From contig CM119269.1 in the NCBI GenBank assembly GCA_051294375.1, positions 6,709,552-6,773,551 of the forward strand: DNA of 64,000 nt. The letters run 5' to 3'. A program made the translations under genes and the position numbers. This DNA comes from Paraspadella gotoi. Its lineage: Eukaryota > Animalia > Chaetognatha. Shown here one piece after another: positions 44,619 through 57,010 of the stretch (positions are counted from its first letter, which is position 1; every line of letters begins with the position of its first letter). Under the pieces are notes generated by a model. The model was not told the origin of the DNA. It did not search any database and saw only the letters and a list, made by a program, of their open reading frames with translations.

Positions 44619-47600
44619 ATGGCGTTCATTCTCGCTTTCCGCGATTGGATCGCGCCAGATGTTTGGATCGACGACGCGATCGACAGTAAATTATTTAACT
44701 TATTAATAAATGCTTAATTATTTATTAATTTTTGTTAACTATTTACTTATTACGTGTAATGTAATGCTAGTCTAACGACTCGACAATAAATTTTTTAAAA
44801 AACCTCAGAAACCAACGTGTATTGGGTTAAATTTCGATACAAAAACCAAACCAAGTTCGCAACAGCAACGTGAATTGTTTCCGCAGCAAGGAAGCACCCA
44901 AATGCTACTTCAAATTCCAAAATTATTTGGCCAAAACATTTTGATATAATGTTTGCCCGCTCGTCGCTGAGTTGTTTCACAGCCCAACCAGCTTATTGTG
45001 TTCCCCCATCCAAAAGAAATTCATTCTCCCGCTGCCCAAGATGATTCCGCCGCGTCTGAAGCGTAAGATTTCTCCGCTGCGAACCTTACCTCAGCTATGC
45101 CCAGAAAATCCTGGGCCTGACCCAACTCGGTCGGGCACGTGTTGGGCTCGTGATCGGGAAAGAATCCAGAGCGCGAACCTCGATCGACTCGCGAGGGGCC
45201 GCGGGACTCGTCGGCACCTGCGGCGGCGCGGGGGTCGTCGAAGGCGACGTGGAAGCACGTCCTGACGGGCCGTTGTGGGTCCGAGTCCCACTGCTTGAAG
45301 AGGAGCACCTCATCTTTGCGCATGCGCGGGAAATAGTGCCACGAGTGGGCGTCGCTGTTCTTCTCGTTGAGCATGAAAAACTTTTCTGTGAATTCCAAGT
45401 TGTAGTCAGGGTCGTGACCGTGATAGTTGCTCTCCAAGTAATCCTGAAAAAGGTATGACGTTTGATCTAACTGGTGATGTGAATGGCTGCAAAAGTCACA
45501 AAGAGTTTGTGAGTTGGAAATAGTGTGAGGGTAATAGAGAGAGTGAAGGGAAGTTGGAAGCTCAACAAAAACGTTTTCATTCTTATATAAATATAAATTA
45601 TTTCAGGATAATTGTTGTTTTAAAAAGGTTATCAGTTCTCCATTTTCAGTATTTGATCAATCATCACCCACAGCCATCGATCATTCACCTCCGAACCGAC
45701 TCCGGGCGTCAACGACTTCCCATCGAGGACCGCTAGGTGGTTCCTCTCCAGCGGCTTCTCGCTGATGTTCCTCCAGGCGTTGATGTAGAGGAACCTGCCT
45801 CGACGAAATCGCTCGTCGAGTCCTCCGCTGAGATAAGCGAAGAGAGCGAGGGCGCCTTCTTCGTGAACGTCGGTGTGGATCCCGCGGGCGTAGTCTGTGT
45901 TGAAGGGAAGTTTGCGAAACAGTGCCGCAAACGTTATTGACGATTATGATCACAAATCGAATCACCCCCTAAAAATATCACTCATACAAGTGGAAAAAAA
46001 ATAAATATTTTAAAATGTGACTTTAACGATGTCAAGGAGATACGATCAACTTTCTCTATGTCCCAATTGTCCCATACCTTCGTAAGGACTGGCCTTGGAC
46101 ACCGGATCGAACTTGTTCCGATTCCTAACTTTGTGGTCGAAACACTTGACTACCTCCGCTCCTGTGTACCGCTTGACGCACTCCTCGATCTCTTTGTAGT
46201 ATTCGGTCACGATCCTCGAAGGGTCGGAGTAGAAGTCTTCCGTCTTGAAGGAAGTGTCGAAATCTACCAACTCGAATGAATGATCGTCCAGTGTGGCCCT
46301 GGTCGAGCGGGCGTCTTTCACCGTCACTTCCTAGAGAAAGATGATTCATGATAAGTAGATAAGTCTCTCTCTCTCTTTCTCTCTTTCTCTCTTTCTCTCT
46401 TTCTCTCTTTCTCTCTTTCTCTCTTTCTCTCTCTCTCTACCTTAGCTTTCATTAAGCCGGCGTTAAACTCCGTCGCGCGCCCCTCTTTTCTCAAATGGAA
46501 CGGAGCCTTTCCTTCTCCCGCTGCGTAGTGAAGAGATGTTTTCACGTCGTTTGGCGCCATTTTATTTGTTATAGATGGAATTGGTACAATCGAAATAACA
46601 AAAGACGCCGTTCTATATTCAAAAAGCGTTTCGTCAAAATTTGGGGATAAAATGTTTTCGTCCTACATAAAATCCAAAAGAATATTCCACGATTATTTTT
46701 AACGCGCAAAAAATAAAAGAAATCCACCCTTTTTTTTTCGTTCAACCGGTTCAGGTTATTAGGGGCAGTGACCCGTTTTTAGCCCGATACAGATAATTTT
46801 CAGTCGGTCCGGTTATTTGGTTTGGCTGTCTCTTTTTGACGGTTGTTCATTGAACAATTGGCAAAGTGAGAAGGTGGAAATTTTGGTTTCGATTTTGTGG
46901 TTGTTGTTGAAAAACAGAGCAAAAACGAAGGAATAATTTCTTGATACGATTAAAACAATAAAAACGGAGAGAGAAGGCCCAAAACGTCTCTGAAACTGGG
47001 TAGAAAAGTCGGCTGGAACGAATCAGTAAAAGATAGAGGGATAGAGAGCGAGAGCCTCCTTTACATACGAATATTGCTTAATGCTTACACATGAATGCAA
47101 GCTATTATTTCTGCAAGTAGTCATAAAAATTAGGCAAAACAAGCAATTTATTATTCCTTTGGCATAGAGGAAGTGATACATAAGAAGTCTGCGTAATGTA
47201 TGTTGTATTATTTTCGTTCAAGATTTATTCGTAATAGTCTTCCAACCTCGTTAAATCTTTCTGCGCAGTTAAGTCAATAATATTTTTAAGAATGGATTTT
47301 TGTGGAATCTAAAAGAGCATAAAAGTACCGTTTGAAGTAGTTGTATTTTTAAGAAACGCATCACACTCCTCAAAAGACTAAGTTTACACACACTACTACT
47401 TTGTCCTAACCTAAGTTTTAATATAGTATTGTTCTTACGTCTCAGGCTGAACAGAAAATCAACTGTTCTTATGCTGCACATCTGCCTCATCCCTATGCTG
47501 ACGAAGCAGTTCATGGGAGACTCCATCCAGTGCTTCACCCCGACTCACTTCACTGGTAGATACCTGAATTCAGTCTTAACAATTAAAGTATCAGCCTAAG

Positions 47601-48973
47601 ATCTCTGAAGTCGATTTCCGGGACCAATGATAAAGATTAAGTCAACTTTCTCTTTTGAATATCATTCGGTTTGAAAGTGAAGCTTTGACCAATTATTACT
47701 CAAAAAAAACAAAAAAACCCCACAATCACTCAATCAGCCCACAAGATTTAACGAAGCCAACTACTTTCTCTCCACACCCGCACCACAGGCCCACAGACCG
47801 ACTACGCCCACAGCTTCTGCTGGACGACTTCGACCTACCGTCTCCTCGGAGTCGACGGTTCTCTTCTCTCCATCCCTCAAACTTATCAAGTTCGAGGGCG
47901 GGAATTTAACTTACCCCGAGGCCAAGGTTCGTTTCTTTTAGGTTGAGATGGCGTCTTTTCCATTTGTCTGTTGTTTTCGTTTTTTTTTTTTTTTTTTTAA
48001 TTATTTCATTATTTTAATTTTATAATTTTATCATTCTTTGTTGTCTATAAAATGTCGATTTGACCCGTTCGACATAATCATCAAACTTTATTCATAGTCA
48101 AGTACTTGAGGCTGACAAATTGCATGTTATAATATGTAATACCATGTAATAAAATGTAAGAACGTGCGAGAACGGACCAATCGGACGTTATCCCGTCCCG
48201 TCGCAGGGAATTCCGCATCCAATGAGGACGCGGAAAAGGTCTTCATCTCTTACTATCAATGGGCGCCGATGATCTTAGCTCTGCAGGTAGTTGTTGTTGT
48301 TGTTGTCATCGTTTTTGTCTGAGTTTAATCGCCCTTCGCCTTAAGGCCGTCTTCTTTCACTTACCTTTCGTTCTCTGGCATTACCTGACCATCGCCAGCG
48401 GACTTCAAGTCAAACTGGTCATAAAAGGTGATTGGATTTAATTTATTTATGATTGGCTGAACTTTTTTTTTCCGCTCATAGCGTCCCTTTCTCCTCCAGG
48501 TGCCAAAGAACTCGCCAACACCCACGAGTGCAGAGAGAAGAAGTTGGGTCTTGCGTTCGACATCGTAGAGCAAATCAAGAACTTCCTCACTCACCACGCA
48601 CCTCGATCCCAGTGAGAGAGATCGGGTTCTTCGTTTTCTTCTGGCTGCACAAAGTGTACATTGTGCAAATGCAGAATTTGCGAAGAGAAATCTTTCTTCA
48701 ACTCACCTTTCTTTTTTGACAGGCGCTTTCCTCCGCCGAAACAAAAGGCGAGCGCAATAAAAAGAAAATATTTTGGAAAAAAGAGAGGAAACTTTTTGTT
48801 CGTTCTGTATATTTTTGTCAAGGTTCGTTATGGATTCGAACTTGTAATATATTGCGGAAGATCTGAAGGGTCATCCTAATATTCTTTGCATCGGCAACAC
48901 TATTTTCAAAACTAATGTGACGGTATATTCACACCGCCTCACGTCCCTTTGGCTTTGCTTCGTCTCACTTCCG

Positions 48974-49049
<76 letters not shown>

Positions 49050-49832
49050 CTTAAAACAGGTTTAAATCCCTTTTCAACCACACCCCTTCCACCCCCAACT
49101 CCCAAGTGCCTCTACCTCTTCAACATCCTCGTCCAACTCTTCGCCCTCAAGTCGATCTTCGACGGTCACCGCGACTACGAGTTCTTCCTCACGGATGGAG
49201 GGTCGTCTACGAACTCGTCGTCCTCCGCCGATGGATCCAATCCAAGGCCTTTCCCTTGAAGACCATTTGCCAAGTCTCCGGTCGGTATAGGAGATGAGAA
49301 AGGGGGCGGTACAGACGAGAAAATGTAACGTTGAGGGTGCCTGTAAAAAAGGGATCATTTGAGCTCGGGAGCGTTCCGAGAGAAAACAATTGTTCTGGGG
49401 TGCTTTTCTAAAAAGTAAAGAATGTATTAATCATTCCACCTTCTTAATTCTTCATCATCTTTCCCACCAAACTAATTCCAGTCCATCACCAAGGCAACCG
49501 CCTTCCCTACAGCGTCGAGTGCGTCCTCCCACTCAATCTTTACAACGATAAAATCTTCGCCGCCTTCACAATCTTCTTCCCTCTCCTCGGCCTCCTCCTC
49601 ATCCTCTCCGCCTTTCGGTGGATTCGACGGAACGCTCCGCACCGCCGAGCCGCCTTCGTGCAGAAGCATCTCCTCACCTTCAGGAAGATTCAGGGTAGGA
49701 TTTATCTTCTCTTTTCTGTGGCGGAAAAGTTCTGTCTAATAACTTATGTTGTTTGAAATGATTGAATAATTTATTGGTGATTTCTCCCCTCTCTCTTTTT
49801 AACGCTCTTTTTTTTACCTTCTCTCCCCAGGC

Positions 49833-49925
<93 letters not shown>

Positions 49926-51125
49926 CCTCTCCTCTCTCTCTCTCATCTCTCTCCTCTCTCCAAATGCCTCCCGGAATCCGCCACACCCTCATCCAACCCC
50001 CAATTCCCTCTTCAAACCGCAGACGGACGCGACCGCGAGGTGTTCCGCCACTTCGTCGCCCACTACCTCCGTCGAGACGGCGTCTTCCTCCTCCAACTCA
50101 TCGACGAGAATGTCGGGGGCCTCGCGGTGGCGCACCTCGTCGCCGGGCTTTGGGACGACTACCACGGCAGGTTGTAGCCGTTGATAAGGTTCATCTTTAT
50201 CAGTCGTCAGTGGGTACAAAAAAAAAGAGAACGATGAAACAAGAACATTAGATAAATCATTTTTTAAAAAATATATTGTAGAATAATTTTTAAATAAACG
50301 ACGTCTACTGCATGAAGAATTTAGTCTTGACGGCCCCACCCTCCCAATGTCTCTCATCCGACAGGCTGAGTCGATGCGCCAAACTGGAAGGCTTTTCGTT
50401 GGAGGACGAGATCCCGAAGCAGCGCGTCATCGACTGCGTCACGGAATCCCTCGCTACCTCCATTCCGATTGTGGACAAAGGCGAATCTGAGAAAAGCGTG
50501 GATTGTGAAGTGAAGAAGGGTGAGGGGTTTGAGAGGGGAGCGGGGAGCGGGGAGCGGGGGAGATAACTGAGAGAGTGAGAGAGTCAGAGAAAGTTAGAAT
50601 AGAGTGAAGAGTTTCTCACAATTGTTTTGAACTTCACGATAAGTTCGCATTTTACAATACGTAAATGAGATTAAAGGGGAAAAAGATTATAAATCGAAGA
50701 AAGGTAAAAGAGAAAGGTTGATAAAGAAATAAAGAGAGGTATTGATAGTCAAAAAAATGTTAGAAAAAGAGCCGATAAGAAAGGAGAAAGACCGAGAGAG
50801 AAAATGGGAGAGAAAAAATAACGAACGTAAAAGAGAAAGAAAGAAGAGAGGAAGCAACAACAATGAATTGTTGTTTTAATCTTCAGATCGTCAGGAAGCG
50901 AAGGACGAGGCTCCGCCGATCCCTCCGCCACCGATCCATGTCGATCCTGGGAGTACGTGAACATTGAATCCTAATGCGCTAAAACGTTTATTTCATTTTC
51001 AAATAAACTAATTTATTAAATCGAAATTTTATTCTAACTCTACAACAGCGCCACCCTTCGCCTCCAAGAGTGCCTTTCATTTTCATGGAGTCAAGATTGA
51101 TAAAGTAAGTCAAATCTTCTTTTTT

Positions 51126-51163
<38 letters not shown>

Positions 51164-51174
51164 CTCTCTCCTGT

Positions 51175-51220
<46 letters not shown>

Positions 51221-51228
51221 TCTCTCTC

Positions 51229-51259
<31 letters not shown>

Positions 51260-51388
51260 ACAACATTATTGCCATATCCTTTCGCGCTCTTCGCTCGATC
51301 TCTCGCTCAATATCTTAACCCTCTCCCGACCAATCAACATCCATTTGCCATTAAACCCCAGCCCAAAGCTTCTCTGTCGATCGCTATC

Positions 51389-51462
<74 letters not shown>

Positions 51463-51467
51463 CTCTC

Positions 51468-51501
<34 letters not shown>

Positions 51502-52004
51502 CCTCTCTTTCTCTCTCCTCCAAATTTTCATTTATCAAAAAACAAAAAAAACCGCGTCTAGAAAATTCCCGTTTACATTTCTTCTACACTGCGGATTGTT
51601 TGATAGGAAAGTCATCCCAGAAGTAAACAAATGTTTTCATCCACTCGAAAGTCAAATGACGAATGAGGATCGCGATTCGGGTGCGAGTTGTTTATTTTTG
51701 ACTCACATTTTTTTTTTTTTTTTTTTGGAATTCTCGGAATTTTTGACCCCGGAATTTCTTTGAAACTCTCATAACTGTTTTTAACCCTTTATTTCCATTT
51801 CATTGTTTTAAATTTTTTAAATGGGTTTGGAATTTGAGTTTGTTTTAATATAAAATCAATTTTTCAACTTAAAAATTGATCGCCTCTCTCTTTATCCGAA
51901 TCCTTAACACTTTGTTCAACGCCTCTCGTGGACAGAATCGAAAATCCTTCACCCGTTTCCGGAAGTTTGACTCCAGTCGGAAGGTGAGAGAGAAGAGGAG
52001 AGAG

Positions 52005-52049
<45 letters not shown>

Positions 52050-52376
52050 CCGGAAGAGAGGATGGAGCAGAGGGAGAGAGAACGCCAATAATCTCGATGG
52101 CACAGAGAAAAAACCTCCTAAGTCTTAATCCAATGCTCCTGTATATACTGAATCAACCTTGTTGAATTCGAAATAAAACGCATATAACAGGTATTTGTCC
52201 CAGTGCCCCTTTAAAAAACAAAGAAAGAGAGACATAAAGACAGAAAAAGTAACGAGAGAGAGACGGATACAGAGAGAGAGAGAGAGACATCATCTCCATT
52301 CTCCCCCTCCAAGCTCCCGTCGGTGCTCCCGCGTCGTCGGCGACAATCTCTTCATCTCCAACTTGGGCTTCGCTGA
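44619..52376 (+). CDS. inx: Innexin A (15 exons, long C-terminal tail)
   Basis: Exon 1 44619-44686 (MAFILAFRDWIAPDVWIDDAID-R), then 47446-47555, 47789-47926, 48207-48286 (SYYQWAP), 48346-48427, 48500-48611, 48723-48822, 49107-49280 (FPLKTIC), 49482-49694 (CVLPLNLYNDKIF), 50023-50170 (YLRRDGVFLL), 50365-50519, 50887-50952, 51049-51104, 51936-51983, 52314-52376. Needs +1 nt at the exon 1/2 junction and near 49190. The tail exons are less certain; an alternative stop lies at 50960. Confidence 0.88.
45021..46560 (-). CDS. AsaB/CmcJ/NvfI-family Fe(II)/2-oxoglutarate dioxygenase, nested in innexin A intron 1
   Basis: Exons 46560-46441, 46330-46078, 45894-45689, 45443-45021. Motifs VTVKDAR..TLDDHSFEL, EYYKEIEECVK..TGA, FDHKVR, IHTD (HxD), FLYINAWRNI, LAVLD, HSWHYFPRMRKDEVLLFKQWDSD, CFHVAFDDP, PRESIEVRAL (in a shifted frame), FFPDHEPNTCP. 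Confidence 0.9.
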
Positions 52377-53145
52377 AGGCGGCGACGAGATGTTGGGACT
52401 TCGAGCTCTCGGCGCCAGACGGAACACCCTCATCGTGGAGAGCGGACTTGGGCCGGATGAGGGGGGAAAGTGAAGATTGGAGACTCGGAGCGAGTAGAGG
52501 GGGTTTTGGCAGAAGGGGTATCGAAAGGGTAGAGAGGCCATAACATTTTGTACTGCTAAGTACCTTTCTCCACTGAAAAGGGCCTCTTCTTCTTTATACC
52601 AAGTAGATCCCTGTACACTGTAGACTGTACAGTGTAGAGTGTACACGATGAAACTAAACTTTAACCAACAGTCCGAGGTTATGAATAATTTATCTAAAAA
52701 TTTTAATCTTTCTCACAGTATACAACGCTGTTTACTTACTACATACATCTTCGGTAATCGTCATGTTTTTTCCAAGTTTTAAACGATATTCTAATTCTAA
52801 AAAATTCTTAAAAAAATCATCAACGAACTAAAATTTCATTTGCATGAAGACGCGAACGAATATTTCAAACAATAAAAAAAACTATGAAAACAATGGACGG
52901 AGAAAAAAATGAACAAAGCCCAACGCTTATCGTAATTTAAATCGAATCGCGATTTCGAAAAACGAAAAGAATCTTCTTATTATCAAACGTCGGTCGATTA
53001 AATTCGGAAGTATTTCAGAATCATTTTAAATATGGATAATAAGAGAAGCTGAACAGAGGCAAAAACAAAATCACTATTCATTTTTGCGACATTTAATATC
53101 GAGCGACTCAATAACCCTCGAAAACAACACCTGCCCAACTTTGCC

Positions 53146-56100
53146 ATGGCATTTTTTTACCCTTCCGACTTGGCCAAAGCCTTTGGCGAGCAGCCCCACC
53201 TCGACGACGGCTGCGACCGCGCCCACCGTTTCTACATGCCGCTCATCCTGGTCCTGGCCTGCTCCGTTTTGGGACTCAAGCAATTTGCCGGAGATCCCAT
53301 CCACGTACGAGAGGGGCAAAGGGGAGAGAGCCTTGCGGTTTTGATATTTGCCGACTGCTTCGCGCGTGCTTTTTATCGCTTTGAAACTTAGTTTTTTATC
53401 GCGTTTTGCTATGCTATGCTTTGCATTTTTGTTTCTTTATTAAAAAAAATCTAATTTTTAATTTTTATGGGGTTTATATTTTTTCTGATTAATAAAATAA
53501 ACGATAATAACAGAATTAAAAAAACAGTAACGGTATCAATAACATCGCTTTCTAATCTAACAGGCATCTAACAGCATCGCTGCTCGCATCCGATTATTGT
53601 CAAGAATTTATTCAACTAATTTTGAATTGCTTTCTCCTTCATCGCCGCTGTTTTCACTCAAGATGACGCTTGTATCGTTCACTCGAGTTGATTTTATGAA
53701 ATTACTACCTCGCGTCATTTGAATATTTGCATCGCTTTCCCCCGCAGTGCTACACGGGATCCAACCTGAACCCTTCCCAAATCGACTACGTTAAAAACTA
53801 CTGCTGGACGGCGTCGACTTATCAAATCCTAGACACGGATTACGACACGTTTAGACTCCCGCAAGGGACCGACCATCTGCTTGAAGGTAAGGACTCCCAC
53901 TGTCGCATTGGATGAGCGATGTTTCGTTTCCAAATGATAAATTGAAGGATGGTTGAAACTGCGTCTCAGTTATAATTTGATCGACTTTAGTCGAATAATA
54001 ATAACATCAATTATAATAATAATTATAATATTTTTAATTTTCCTCTCCAGACGTCCGACGCGAGCCTAAAGATTCCATTCTCCTTGGCAAGAAGGTTTAC
54101 GTTTCTTACTACCAGTGGGTCCCCGTGCTGCTCGCCATTCAAGCCCTGCTCTTCCACTTTCCTTATCTCATCTGGTACACTTTCGTCGTCAGAGGAGCTA
54201 TTCATCTTCCGCATCTCATGAACGGTAGTGGAGACTCAAGAAATTATCTACGATTTGTTTCTTGAACTCATCCTTTGCCCAAATCCAGTTCGACCCCATT
54301 TCGCGTAAAACTTACTTTTTTGTTTTCTTTCCTGTGCCCACCCCCGTTCGCCAGGCGCTTATCTCCTCGCCAAAGTCCAGTCCAACCCCATCGCGCGCCG
54401 CACGGCTCTCGACGACGCCGCCTACATCCTAGATGCTCACTTCCGGGACAACGCCGGTGACACAGAGTCCGCGACGCCGGATTGGCGCCAGCGACTTCGC
54501 GGCGCCGGGCACTTTGCTCTCTTCGTCATCGTCAAACTCTGCTACATCGGCAACGTTGTCTTCCAACTCTTCTGCATCCACTCATTTCTCCAGCTCAACA
54601 TTCTCGCCTACTCGGCCGACGTGGTCAGGACTCTCTTCTTCGGTCACACTTGGCTCACCTCTGCCAGATTTCCCATCAGAACCCTCTGCGAGTTTCGAGG
54701 ATTGCCGCAGGCGAGTACGGGGAATGGGGCACAATAGTTTATCAAATATTTTTTCTTTATAATAAATAATTTGCTTGGAGCGGCACCAACGATATGCATT
54801 AGACATTATTAGTAGCTTCGATGGCGAAAAAATTATATTCAAGTTTGAATGGTCTATTAAATTCATTTACATATTGCAGCACCGAATCGGTTCATTATTA
54901 AAGATAACATACTCTATTGCTTTGCGATCAAATGGAGAAATTACGGGTACGATTGAAAACAGCTATCCCGAAAATTTTAATTAAAGTGAAGGATTTTTTT
55001 TGCCACAGGGTTTATTTTCTATTTTTATTATACAACCGATGGTGGGACAGATTATTGTTTGGCACAAAAGGATGTTTTAAATTAAGGCGGGCTCAGAAAT
55101 AATTTTTTGAAAAATATTAAAACTGTTTGTTATTAACAAAAAAAATAACAAATAGGAATAAAGGAATAATTGAAAGAATATAGTATAAGAAGCATAACTT
55201 TTCCCTCTTGAGGTATAGCCTTGTTTTAGATATACATAATTTCCTTTCTCTACTTATCGCAGTCGCATTAAGAATTTTAGTTTTTAGGTCAACTTGAGGA
55301 CAAAAAAACAAACCAATTTTTTACGATCCATCTCCGCATTGCTATTTCCAGATCCACGGATACCTCTTGCCCCATACTTGCCACTGCGTTCTCCCTATCA
55401 ACCTCTACAACGACAAGCTCTTCGCCGGCCTCGTCTTCCTCATGACCTTCATGCTCGCCGCCTCTTGTCTCAACCTCGTCCTCTGGCTGTTCCTCGTCTT
55501 TGGAGCAACGAGGAGATCGTTGATTCGGTGCCTCGTCGCGGAGAGGAACGGAGACTCGGTTAAGAGGTGGGATGGGGGAAAGAAAAGAAAGAATGGGGGA
55601 AAGGTGAAAGAATTAAAGAAAAAGGATAGAAGATGAAGAATATTTAGGAAAAAAAAAATATTGAAATAGAACGTGAAAAAGGATGGAAGACGGTACAATT
55701 TCCGCATCAATAATGCGGAAACAAACATTTAAACTTAAAAAAACTAATAATTTCAAAAATTAAAAATCCTCGTTGGCCTTGCGTGATAATAGAACCAAGT
55801 TATCATACCGTTCCACCTCGTCTCTCTCTNNNNNNNNNNCTCTCTCTCTTTCAGATTCGTGGATCACTACCTGCGCACGGACGGTCTTTTCATCCTCCAC
55901 CTCATCGACCAGAACGTTGGCCGCAACACGGCCAAAGAGATCGTCAACGCCCTCTACAGGAAGTACCGCAATGTCACGGACTCGGACTGCCCCTCGGCCT
56001 ACGAGAGCTGCCCGCGCGACGACACGGTCTTCGAGGCTGCAGACCTCCGCTCCGTGCTCCGCTGCTTCAGCTGCGACCGGCCGTGGGACGAGCGAGACGA

Positions 56101-56149
56101 GGGACGACCGTGCGAAAAGTGCAAGAACATTCTAAAGTCACAAGCATGA
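53146..56149 (+). CDS. inx: Innexin B (6 exons, Cys-rich tail)
   Basis: Exons 53146-53304, 53748-53886, 54051-54224, 54355-54710 (GC donor), 55352-55566, 55855-56149. Motifs LDDGCDR, KQFAGDPIHC, NYCW, SYYQWVP, RFPIRTLCEF, CVLPINLYNDK, YLRTDGLFILHLI. Confidence 0.94.
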
Positions 56150-57010
56150 TTCTTTTTTTCTTGTATTTTTTTATACATGTAACAATTAAGAGAGAATATG
56201 GTAAAAATTCCAAAGACACCGAACACACACTACGCTGTAATGCCCAAAATCGAAGTGCATTAGACAGGAAACCGTAATAGGGTACAGTATTCTATTTGTA
56301 AACCCTTTTTGATTAATGATCCGTGATTAATCATTCTTTTAATGCGTCGTTACAATGATGACTTCTGAAAAAAAAAATTGCATAGTGCAAAAAAAAAAAA
56401 ACAGAAAAAAAACAACAAAAAAACAAGAAGGACGCTGAAAAAAAAAAGAACTGCTGAGTAGTATAAATGTGAAAAGAGGTGTGTTTGTTTTAAAACTTGT
56501 CTCTGTGTCGCTTATTTGGGAGACTATAGTTTGGGCAAAAAAAGAGAAAATGAAAATTTTAAATTTCAGGTTGCGCAAAATATTGCGTTCGATTCATTAA
56601 TGAGAAAAATGAATCGAAACGTTGAGCATTTTGAGCAATTAAAAAAAATAGTTACACACATAAAACAGAACACACTTAAAACAGAAATCTTATATGAGCG
56701 TTCCTCACCCTAACATTTTTTAACGTATATGACGCTATAACTTGATAAATGCTGCAAAAAGAACGAGCATAGAAGGTACATTTTAAGCTGAACCGGTCAT
56801 ACATACGAGAAAAAACAGTCAGTCAGACAATCACAGCCAGGTTAATTCTTGAAACTGGGATAATTGGAAAAATGTTGTTAATAAGGTTGTTATTAACTTG
56901 TTAATAAGTTTCTACACCCATGGAGATATTAGGTTGGAGGAAAGGAGAAAAGTAACAAAATCGGAAAAAAAACTAGAAAACATCAAAATATCAAAAACAA
57001 AACGTTAGTC

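Noticed and set aside
45021-46560. Bacterial contamination as the source of the dioxygenase
   Set aside because: It has spliceosomal introns and host microsatellites, and lies within a host gene.
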